Origin: Armatimonadota bacterium
GTDB taxonomy: Bacteria > Armatimonadota > Zipacnadia > Zipacnadales > UBA5352
DNA: 13,412 nucleotides
NCBI GenBank assembly: GCA_034722055.1
Contig: JAYENL010000055.1
Span: forward strand, 1-13,412
Direction: 5' to 3'
A program made the translations under genes and the position numbers. How positions within the stretch are numbered: position 1 is the first letter of the stretch; each line of letters begins with the position of its first letter. Below the pieces are notes generated by a model that saw only the letters and a list, made by a program, of their open reading frames with translations, did not search any database and was not told the origin of the DNA. Below are positions 1 to 8,600 of the stretch, one piece after another.

Positions 1-84
1 CCGGGCCGGCGCCCGGGCGGCTCCCTCGATGACGTCGCCGATTGCCAGGGATTCGACGTCCGGCTGCTCGCCGAGGCCGCGTAG
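1..84 (+). CDS. 3' end of an upstream gene entering from the left edge (product unknown)
   Basis: Frame 1 reads PGRRPGGSLDDVADCQGFDVRLLAEAA then TAG (82-84), with GC-rich third codon positions. Too short to assign a function. Confidence 0.5.
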   Translation, partial: PGRRPGGSLDDVADCQGFDVRLLAEAA

Positions 85-312
85 GGCCTGACTTCCCATC
101 TTGCCCGCCGGGACCCAGGCGTGTTGGGAGGAGCCGAAGGCGGTATCGGCGAATGGCGCCACAGGGGGTGACGACATGGAGGCGTAGAGAGGGCTGAGGC
201 GAGGCCAGCTCCTTCGTCGGTCGGGGAGGAGCCGGCGCCGTCGAGAATGAGTGGGCCCGTCGGCTGTGTGCATCGCCTGTGCGGCCGCGGTGCGGGGCAT
301 GGATGTGGTGCC

Positions 313-1692
313 ATGGCAGACGCAGCATACACCGAGTTGGTGGACCGTCTGCGGGCGCATCAGGCGTCGCTGGACACACGCGACCTGCGGTGGCGGCGCA
401 GCCAGCTCCAGGCCCTGCGCGCCATGATCGTGGAGCAGGAGGAGCGCATCTTCGACGCCGTGCACAGCGATCTGCGCAAGTGTCGTGTCGAGAGCTACCT
501 CACCGAGACCGGCTTCGTGCTCGGCGAGATTAGCCACGCGCTGGCACACATGGGGCAGTGGAGCCGCCCGCGGGGGACGGGCACGCCGATCTACCTGCAG
601 CCCGCCAGCAGCCGGGTCATATGGGAGCCGCTGGGCGTGGCCCTGATCATCGGGCCGTGGAACTACCCCTTCCACCTGGTTATGGCGCCTCTGGTGCCGT
701 GCCTCGCCGCGGGCAACGCCGCGGTGCTCAAGCCCTCCGAGCTGGCGCCAGCGACGTCTGCGGTCATCAGCGAGGTGGTGCCGCGGTACCTCGACGGCGA
801 TGTGGTGGCGGTGGTGGAGGGCGGTGTGCCCCAGACCACGGCGCTGCTCAAGCAGCGCTTCGACCGCATCTTCTTCACCGGCAGCACGCGAGTGGGGTGC
901 ATTGTGATGGAGGCGGCCGCGCAGCACCTCACGCCCGTCACGCTGGAGCTCGGGGGCAAGTGCCCGTGCATCGTCGATGGGCCGGCCCGGCTTCAGGTCG
1001 CGGCCCGGCGCATCGCCAACGGCAAGTTCGCCAACGCCGGACAGACCTGCGTGGCGCCCAACTATGCCCTCGTGCAGCGCGACATCGCCGACGAGTTCCT
1101 GGGCGCGATGGCCGACGCCATCCGTCAGTTCTACGGGCCCGATCCGCAGGAGAGCCCGGACTACGCCCGGATCATCAATCAGCGCCACCACCGGAGGCTG
1201 GTGGAGCTGCTGGAGGACGGTGAGGCGGTCGTGGGCGGGGAGCACGACGAGGCGGACCTGTATGTCGCGCCGACGGTGCTGCGCGGCGTCGATGCCGGCT
1301 CCCCCGTCATGCAGGAGGAGATCTTCGGGCCGATCCTGCCCGTGCTGGACGTAGCGGATGCCGAGGAGGCGCTTGCGTTCGTCAACGAGCGCCCCAGGCC
1401 TCTCGCCCTGTACCTGTTCGCCGAGGATGACGAGGTCGTGGCGCGCGTCACGCACAGCACGAGGGCCGGCGGAATGTGCGTGAACGAGGCCGTGCTGCAC
1501 CTTTTGGTGCCCGAGCTGCCCTTCGGTGGCGTGGGGGAGAGCGGCATGGGCACCTACCACGGCGAGTGGGGCTTCCGGGAGTTCTCCAACGCCCGGGCGG
1601 TCCTCGACCACGGCACGGTGTTCGACATCGGTCTGCGCTATCCGCCCTACTCGGAGCGCGATGAGCGCTTCTTCCGGCGTGTGCGGGGATGA
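313..1692 (+). CDS. NAD(P)-dependent aldehyde dehydrogenase, family 3 type (ALDH3 / coniferyl-aldehyde dehydrogenase / YwdH-like), about 459 aa
   Basis: Motifs EPLGVALIIGPWNYP, AAGNAAVLKPSE, FFTGSTRVG, catalytic Glu in LELGGKCP, catalytic Cys in NAGQTCVAP, EEIFGP, PRPLALYLF, LPFGGVGESGMGTYHG and the ALDH3-type C-terminal RYPPY. I prefer the start at ATG 313 (MADAAY) to 247 because the extra Gly/Cys-rich N-terminus does not look like ALDH. Confidence 0.95.
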   Translation: MADAAYTELVDRLRAHQASLDTRDLRWRRSQLQALRAMIVEQEERIFDAVHSDLRKCRVESYLTETGFVLGEISHALAHMGQWSRPRGTGTPIYLQPASSRVIWEPLGVALIIGPWNYPFHLVMAPLVPCLAAGNAAVLKPSELAPATSAVISEVVPRYLDGDVVAVVEGGVPQTTALLKQRFDRIFFTGSTRVGCIVMEAAAQHLTPVTLELGGKCPCIVDGPARLQVAARRIANGKFANAGQTCVAPNYALVQRDIADEFLGAMADAIRQFYGPDPQESPDYARIINQRHHRRLVELLEDGEAVVGGEHDEADLYVAPTVLRGVDAGSPVMQEEIFGPILPVLDVADAEEALAFVNERPRPLALYLFAEDDEVVARVTHSTRAGGMCVNEAVLHLLVPELPFGGVGESGMGTYHGEWGFREFSNARAVLDHGTVFDIGLRYPPYSERDERFFRRVRG

Positions 1693-1886
1693 GGCCGCGG
1701 ATCCGCCCAGATGACGGGCGTGAGGGCAGCCGGTCTCAGGGCAGCCGTCGCCTGCCCGGCGGCGGTCGGGACCCCACGCTGGTGCGCGAGGCAGCGTGCC
1801 GGCGGACCCGCCTGCCGCGGCTGCCTCCTGCGGTTCGTCTTCCCGCCCGCCATCGCACGCAGTCGCCGGCGACACAGGAGGAAGCG

Positions 1887-2798
1887 ATGCTGCTCTCAGT
1901 GCAGAGGATCTGGGACCAGGGCGCCTACAACGCGTTCACCGATCTCCGCCGTCACCGGGATCGGTGGGTCTGTGTCTTCCGCGAAGGCACAGCCCACGCC
2001 GGCGACAATGGCAGCGTTCGAGTTCTGGTCTCAGATGATGGCGAGGCCTGGCATTCCGCCGCCTACCTGACCGAACAGGGCATCGACCTTCGCGACCCCA
2101 AGCTGAGCGTGACCCCCGACGGCCGCCTCATGTTGCTGGTCGGCGGCACCATCTACGCAGGCGATGACAACCCGCTTCGCAGGTCAATGGTGAGCTTCTC
2201 ACAAGATGCCATCGAGTGGACGCCATGGACGCAGGTGCTGCCCGACGGGCACTGGCTGTGGCGGGTTACCTGGCACCGGGGCATCGCGTATGGGGTCAGC
2301 AAGCTCGGCGACGGTGACATCCCCAAGCAGGGCTTCTTGTGGCGGTCGCACAACGGGCGCGAGTACGAGCTGGCGCATCGGTACAAGGTGCCTGCCATGA
2401 GCGAGACCACGCTGCGTTTCACCGCCGGCGACACGGCGGTGGCGCTGGCCCGGCGAACCGGTCCCGGCGGAGGAAATGCGTGGATCGGCTCCAGCGCGCC
2501 ATCTTACACGCAGTGGCGCTGGGTATCGACCGATCGGCCGGTCGGCGGGCCCAACTTCATCGTACTCCCGGATGGGACGATGTGGGCGGCAAGCCGCGTG
2601 TACGGTGCGGAGACCACGACCGGCCTGTTCCGCATGGCGCCGGACAGCGGGATCGAGCTGGCCCTGACGCTGCCCAGCGGCGGCGACACCAGCTACGCCG
2701 GGATGGTGTGGCACGACGAGCTGCTGTGGCTGACGTACTACTCCTCCCACGAGGAGAAGCCGAGCATCTACCTGGCGAAGATCCGACCGCCTGCGTGA
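1887..2798 (+). CDS. Sialidase-like (exo-alpha-sialidase-annotated) beta-propeller protein, about 303 aa, no signal peptide
   Basis: AGGAGG RBS at 1876-1881 before ATG 1887. Asp-box-like segments SDDGEAW, SQDAIEW and SHNGREY. Family motifs NAFTDL, FREG..H, DLRDPKLSVTPDGRLML, WLWRVTWH, GGPNF, LPSGGDTSYAG and YYSSHE. True substrate unknown. Confidence 0.8.
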   Translation: MLLSVQRIWDQGAYNAFTDLRRHRDRWVCVFREGTAHAGDNGSVRVLVSDDGEAWHSAAYLTEQGIDLRDPKLSVTPDGRLMLLVGGTIYAGDDNPLRRSMVSFSQDAIEWTPWTQVLPDGHWLWRVTWHRGIAYGVSKLGDGDIPKQGFLWRSHNGREYELAHRYKVPAMSETTLRFTAGDTAVALARRTGPGGGNAWIGSSAPSYTQWRWVSTDRPVGGPNFIVLPDGTMWAASRVYGAETTTGLFRMAPDSGIELALTLPSGGDTSYAGMVWHDELLWLTYYSSHEEKPSIYLAKIRPPA

Positions 2799-3098
2799 AC
2801 GCCAAGCGCGGGACGAGTTGATGCCATGACATCACCGATAGCCGCACTCCTGGGCCTTCAGCCAATCCACGTCTCTCATCGTCTCCAAGCTGTGCACAAG
2901 TCTCTCGGGCGGATTCCGCCTGGACACGGCGAGCCTCAACGCCGGGCCTGGTGAGGGGTCTGCGGTGGACCCGCCGGATCCCTGCGGGGAACGGCAGCTC
3001 TCGCAGTCCTGCCCACAGCCCGCGGAGTTCGCCCGAGCGGAGGTCTCGATCAATCCCCCCGACAGCGGCCGGCCGCTGTGGTGCCCGTGTCTCTTCCA

Positions 3099-3130
3099 CG
3101 CAGCAGGAGCGCCGCTCTGGTCCTGCTGTG
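3099..3130. terminator. GC-rich hairpin between convergent genes (possible terminator or 3' stabilising stem)
   Basis: CGCAGCAGGA (3099-3108) pairs with TCCTGCTGTG (3121-3130), 10 bp with one G-U on the plus strand. There is no clear U-tract. Confidence 0.3.
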
Positions 3131-3178
3131 TTCATCAGGCCAGCCCACGCACGGCCTCGCGAACGAGCTCGTCTGCGC

Positions 3179-4783
3179 TCAACGCGCCGGACACTGGCTG
3201 ATGGCGTTGGCGTCAGGATGGCCGTGCTGGCCGTCCCCGAAGCCCTGCAGAAGCAGGTAGTCATCGTCCGCGCCCCAGCCGCCTCGCAGGGTCAGCTTGT
3301 CGAAGCACTCGTCGGGCGGCACATTCGGCATCACCGGCGGGGGCGGGTAGCCCGGGAAGCGCGGCAGGCCCGCCCACCGGTGGATGACCGGATCCAGAGG
3401 CAGCACGAACAGCCCCAGGTGCCGCTCAGGCGGCTGGGCAGGCAGGTCTCGAGCGAAGATGTCCCGCTCGGCCTGCTCGGGAGCGTGCTGCTGGGCGACC
3501 CAGCGGGAGCCGGGATGGCCGTGGAACTCGGCGGCCCGCAGTAGCACCTCCGCGGCGCCGGTGCCCGTGGCGTGATAGCTGCCGCAGTCGCCGTATGGCA
3601 CCGTCTCGAAGCGATTGTTCTGGACCATGATCGCCAGATCGGCGCAGTGACGCAGCTTCGGCCCCCGCGCCCAGGACAGGTCCCCGGCCGCGAAGCGGGC
3701 CTGCATCAGATGCCTCGGCACCAGCCAGCTATAGCCCGAGCCGCCCTCGTCGAAGGAGCGGCCGGCCTCGGCGGCGCGGGCGAAGGTCCGCGAGGCCTTG
3801 TCCTGCCAGTCGTCCAGCTCCGCCAGCTCATAGCCGCGCCTCCGCAGGTACATGACCGTGAAGGCCAGTCCCAGCGCCGGGAAGGTGTGGTGGTTGAAGA
3901 CCTGGTGCTCGTCCTCGACGATGCGCCACTTCTGGTAGGTGAGGGAGTCGTGGCAGTACTGCCCGCAGGCCACCACGAAGTTCGTGGCCATCAGGCGGTC
4001 GGCTTCGGCGAACCACTCGAACGCCTCGCACGCGTCCCAGAGCATCACCAGCTCGTGCGTCCAGAAATCCACCGCGGACATGAGCTTGAAGGACAGGGGA
4101 ATGCGCCCGGTGGCGTACGGCTCCAGGGTCTCGACGAAGGCCCGCGCCCACCGCTCCTCGCCCGTACGCCGCAGCCAGCGGAGGCACTGCAGGAAGTGCC
4201 CCGGGCGGCCGCCCGCATCGGCAGTCACCTCCGCCGCCCGGGCCAGTATCTCCGCGGTGTCGGGGGCCTCCGGCACCGGCTCGACCTCCTGCATGCGCCC
4301 AGCCACACACCAGCCGTCATCGCCCTCGGATACGCGCTCGACAAGCCTGCGCACGGACGCCTCGGCCACCCGCGGGGTCGCGCCCAGGGCCGCCAGCACG
4401 TTGTGGCCGTCGCCGAGCGGGCTGTGGACGGACGTCACCTGCAGGCCGTCCGAGGGGTAGTCCTCGTGGGCGAGGTAGCCGGCGTAATGCAGGCGGCGCA
4501 GCAAGCGGTTGGCTCCGGCGTGGCCGATCGCGATCAAATGCGTCGGAAGCTGTGCGGCGTCGAAGAGGCCGTCGTCATCAAGCACCGGCAGCTCGAGCCC
4601 GGTACGCCGGCGCAGGGCGTCGCGAGCCGTCGTGGCGACCTCGCGGAAGGGCCCGTCGGCCGGGGCCACCAGCGCGGCGAGCGGTCGGTCGCCTCCGATG
4701 GGAGTGTCATACTGCAGCGGCGCAAGCTCGGTGATGGGTGTCCTGTCCGCGCGTAGCTCGATGAGCATGCCGCGATCTGCCAT
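3179..4783 (-). CDS. Heparinase II/III-like (polysaccharide-lyase superfamily-like) protein, about 534 aa, apparently C-terminally truncated (possible pseudogene)
   Basis: GGAAGGAG RBS upstream of ATG 4783 (MADRGMLIEL). Helical core with NHHTF, DEGGSGYSW and PYGD. It then has FDKLTLRGGWGADDDYLLLQG and HGHPDANAI, the HxHxD motif that opens the heparinase II/III beta-sandwich. The stop follows only 6 residues later. Confidence 0.7.
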   Translation of the reverse strand: MADRGMLIELRADRTPITELAPLQYDTPIGGDRPLAALVAPADGPFREVATTARDALRRRTGLELPVLDDDGLFDAAQLPTHLIAIGHAGANRLLRRLHYAGYLAHEDYPSDGLQVTSVHSPLGDGHNVLAALGATPRVAEASVRRLVERVSEGDDGWCVAGRMQEVEPVPEAPDTAEILARAAEVTADAGGRPGHFLQCLRWLRRTGEERWARAFVETLEPYATGRIPLSFKLMSAVDFWTHELVMLWDACEAFEWFAEADRLMATNFVVACGQYCHDSLTYQKWRIVEDEHQVFNHHTFPALGLAFTVMYLRRRGYELAELDDWQDKASRTFARAAEAGRSFDEGGSGYSWLVPRHLMQARFAAGDLSWARGPKLRHCADLAIMVQNNRFETVPYGDCGSYHATGTGAAEVLLRAAEFHGHPGSRWVAQQHAPEQAERDIFARDLPAQPPERHLGLFVLPLDPVIHRWAGLPRFPGYPPPPVMPNVPPDECFDKLTLRGGWGADDDYLLLQGFGDGQHGHPDANAISQCPAR

Positions 4784-4930
4784 GGCAGTGGGCTCCTTCC
4801 CTCGACGGCGCTGAGGCAGCATGGCCGGCGGGTGATGCGCCGCTGACAGTCCGTGCGTGTTTCCTTGCAGTCTGCGTGAGACCTTCGGATGGTCCGCACC
4901 GCATCCAAGGTAGCCGCCAGGGGGCCGGTG

Positions 4931-5047
4931 TCCGGTCACCGGGGCGGGCAGTGTGTGGCAGCCGGTCAGGGCGCCGTCGGCGCTGATCACGAAGACCCGC
5001 TCGTCGAGGCAGATTGCCAGGGTGGAGCCGTCAGGCAGCGGCAGTGG
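4931..5047 (-). pseudogene. Orphan coding fragment (beta-strand-rich, propeller-blade-like)
   Basis: Reads PLPLPDGSTLAICLDERVFVISADGALTGCHTLPAPVTG with nearly all third codon positions G/C. There is no plausible start or RBS, an in-frame TGA lies a short way upstream, and coding character fades on both sides. Confidence 0.4.
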
Positions 5048-5605
5048 AAATGCTTCTTCGCTGGGTCGAACAAAGACGGACGCATATCGTCAGCGAAGAT
5101 GCAGCATTGGGCCGCTGATGGTCCGCGAGGTCTCCCCCCGCCTGGCGGACGTCGGCGGCCCTCTTTCGCTGAGTACATCCCGCAGCGTGCGAATGCTCCT
5201 CCCGACTCTGGTGCCACACGGCTGTAGGCCTTGGGAAGCACGAAGCAAGCGTGTACCGTGGATTGCCGACGAGGCTGCCGGTGGTCGGTTGTTCGGGCGG
5301 GCAGCAGGGGCCACAGCGGCCTTCCCGGAAGTACCGGCCGCAATTGACTCATCGCGGACGAGAGTGGTTCCAATGCGCATTCACAGTGGCCGCGGCGCCT
5401 CTTCTGTCCGCGGCGCTGGACTCGGTAGGGATGACCAGCAGCGATTGGTGAAGGGCCAGGGGATGGGCTTCTGCAGACATTCGGGTGTGAGGTAAAGCCC
5501 GGGGCTTGCGCCAACGGTGGCGCGGACTTGGGGCTGGACCTATGGGCGACGCTCAGCGCCCCGAAGGCCCTCCGGGCGAGGCCGCTCCTCGGGAGAGATG
5601 GAGCG

Positions 5606-8600
5606 ATGAAGCTACATGAGGCTCTTGCGGTCGCCTTCTTGACGCTGGGACTGCTCGCGGTTTCTGCGGCCGCGGCGCTCGCAGCCGACGGAGAGCACCT
5701 CGTCGGCGGACCGCTCGCGGGCGTCGAGCTGCCGCCCTTCCCGACGCAGCATGGCGAAAAGCCGGGCTTCCCGGGCTGTATCCCGGAGCTGATGGCTCGG
5801 GGCGAGGCGGCCGAGGACATGGGGCATCAGTACCGCGAGTGGGGCCCACAGGGCCAGGCGCCGGAGCTGCAGCTCTACCCCGGCTCCGTGGAACATTACC
5901 GAGCCTACATGTTCAAGTACATGCCCATTCGCAGCTTCTTCGACCGCCAGAGCCAGCTCATGTTGTTCGTCGCCCCTGACCTGCCCGGCGCGGGGGCGGA
6001 GCACGCGGAGCAGTACTCCGAGCCGGTGTACTGGGTTCCTCGACACGCCGCGCCCCGTCCCACCGGGCGGTTTGCGGCTCCCGTTCCCGTGGTGCGCATG
6101 AGCGTGGGGGAGCCGGTGTTGAGGCTGGAGCTGGGCCGGCTGCCGGTGGGGCTCTACGTGGTTCGCGTCATCGGTGCAGTCGAGACGGCGGACCTGCGCC
6201 CCTTCCGGCAGCCGCTGTATATGACGATGAACGTGAACGATGGCGTTGAGGAGCGGCCATCGGAACACCGTCTGCGTCTGGGCTACTGCGACCAGTTCTA
6301 CAGCGTTGCCGAGTTCTACTTCCATGCACCCGCCGAGCGTGAGTACTCCGCTGAGCTGCAGGTAGCTTCGGGGTCGAAGGTGGACCTCCTCGTGCATAGC
6401 GTCAGCCTCGACGACGTGCTGGCGGGGACAATTCGCCGCCCCCTGAAGACGCGCGCCACCTGCCGCCCACCGATCTCCGTTGACGGCGAGCCCGAAGGCA
6501 CGCGGCAGGAGCGGCTTCAGCGGGATGCCGACATGTGGCGGACCTTTCCCCCCGTCAACGCTCAGGGCAGCACCATCGGGCCAGGGCATGGCGGCTACGG
6601 AGCGATCGAGGGAGTAGAGGCGGGCGCAGGCGCGCTGACTGCGGAGGAGATCGAGGAGAGATACGGAGCCTGGGTCCCATGGGGCGGTGGGACAGAGGGG
6701 ATGACGCTGCCAAACGGAGTGTCGCCCGCCGACGTCTTCCTGGCGAACCCGAAGCTGGGCCTGATCTACACCATCGATGACCTGCGGCACAACCGACCCC
6801 TTCCCGAGCCCTATCCCTTCGCCGACGACGGTACGGGCCTCTACTTCCCGGACCCCGAGGACGAGAGCACCGGGCGCGTGTGGACGCCGATAGGCCATCG
6901 AGTGCATCAGCTTCACGTGGATGGCTACAGGGCCATCGGGCGGGCCCTGGAGCGCTGCGACCAGAGTGGCTCCTACGATGACGCGCACGATGCCGCTCTG
7001 GCGCTGGTGCGCTTTGCGTACGCCTTCCCCACGCTTGACATCGCCGAGTACCTGTCGAGCACCGTCCATGAGTCCGGGCCCTTCGGGCGCGACTATAGCT
7101 GTCGGCGCCGCGAGACCGTGGCCTTCTTCCTGCCCCACTACGCCCAGTACGTGAAGCCCATCATGTTCCAGTACGATCGCCTCTTCGAGTTCATTGAGGG
7201 CAATGAGCTGCTGGCCGAGTCCGTGCAGCGCTTCGTCCCGTGGGTCACCAGCCCGGAGGACGTCATCAGGCTGATCGACGTCTACCTGGTCCAGACGACT
7301 GCGAAGCGCATCCTGCGCTACCACTATCACACCGACCCCATGGACATCGCGAACCTGGCGGCGGTGGTGGGAGATACGTCCGTAACCGATCCCTGGATGC
7401 AGTGGCTGTTCTCGCGCACCTTCATCTACCCGCTGCCGGTCGCGGGCATCCAGGACGCGATGATCAGCGGCACCACGCGCGAGGGCACCGAGATCGTCGG
7501 GTCCACCTACTACGCACAGGGAGAGGGCGCCCTGCGCATCGCCGCGGCGCTCGATCTCTACCAGGCGGCCGGAGGGAATCCACGCTTCGACCTCTCTGAT
7601 CCGCGGCGCTACCCCAAGCCCGTGGCACACGCCTACTGGCGCCTGGAGAATGTGGTGGGCGGTCGCGACTTCCTGCGGATCGGCGATGTGTGCGGCCCGG
7701 ACAAGGCCCCCGGCCATACGCTGCGCGATCTCAGCTTCGCGCAACCGGCTTGGAGGTGGACGAAGGACCCCAGGTTCGCCTTCATCCTCAAGCACTACGT
7801 GGGCCGCGGCGAGATGACCGACGGGCAGTGGGCGGAGGTCGAAGCGGCCGCCTCGAAGTGTCCCCGGGCGCCCTGGCTGGAGAACCGCTCGCGCGTGCTG
7901 CCGATGTGGGCGGGGGTGTTGGAGACGGGCGTGCAGCATGACGATCCCCGCTTGCGGCGCGCGGCCTACGTCCGTGTGGGCTTCGGCATGGGACACCATC
8001 ACGCCGACACCTTGGACCTGCAGGTGGTGGCTCACGGTCTGCCCATGACCATCGACGGCGGGCAGCGACCGGGCTACTCCTCCCCCGGCGACCGGACCAC
8101 GCGAGTGCACAATACCGTTGAGGTCGATGGTCACAGCCACTCCGGTCACTCCTGGATCACCACCATGGCGGACCACCCCGGCGCCCGCTACCTGGCGGCG
8201 TCCGGATCGCCCCCGCCGGGAGCGACGCTCTTCCGGCGTCAGGTGGCGCTGATCGACGTTGATGAGGTGCCGGACCCACAGAAGCTGCCACCGGAGCAAC
8301 AGGCCCCATTCGCGGACCTGGAGCCCGGCGTGACCACCCCCAGCTCCTACGTCTTCGACGTCTTCCGCGTCGCCGGTGGCGCTCAGCACACCTACTGCTT
8401 CCATGGGCCGCTGCACGATCAGTTCACATGGAACGCTCAGAACGCCGCCGAACCCGTAGAGGGAAGCCATGAAGCCGAATACCTGCGTGTCTTCACGGGC
8501 CGACCTGAGCGCAGCCGCGTGGGTGAGGTGCAGGGTGGCTTCCAGGCGACGTGGAGGATGGCCGTGGAGGTGCCCGGGCCTGGTGCAGGCGAGAGGGAGA

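Noticed and set aside
126..234. Direct repeat GGGAGGAGCCG at 126-136 and 224-234
   Set aside because: Only two 11-bp GC-rich copies, compatible with chance, and no element structure between them.
1689..1886. N-terminal extensions given by the ORF track (starts 247, 1689, 4990, 5528, 10171)
   Set aside because: The extensions are low-complexity and unlike the protein families. Downstream ATGs have better RBS, signal-peptide or domain-boundary support.
2955..2995. GTTCCCCGC (minus strand) resembling the start of a type I-E CRISPR repeat
   Set aside because: Single partial copy, no repeat-spacer periodicity and no cas genes.
2832..3053. Small Cys-containing minus-strand ORF ending CGYR-TGA-CH, considered for selenocysteine readthrough
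   Set aside because: No recognisable selenoprotein family, no convincing SECIS hairpin, no clear RBS, and readthrough would run antisense into the propeller gene.
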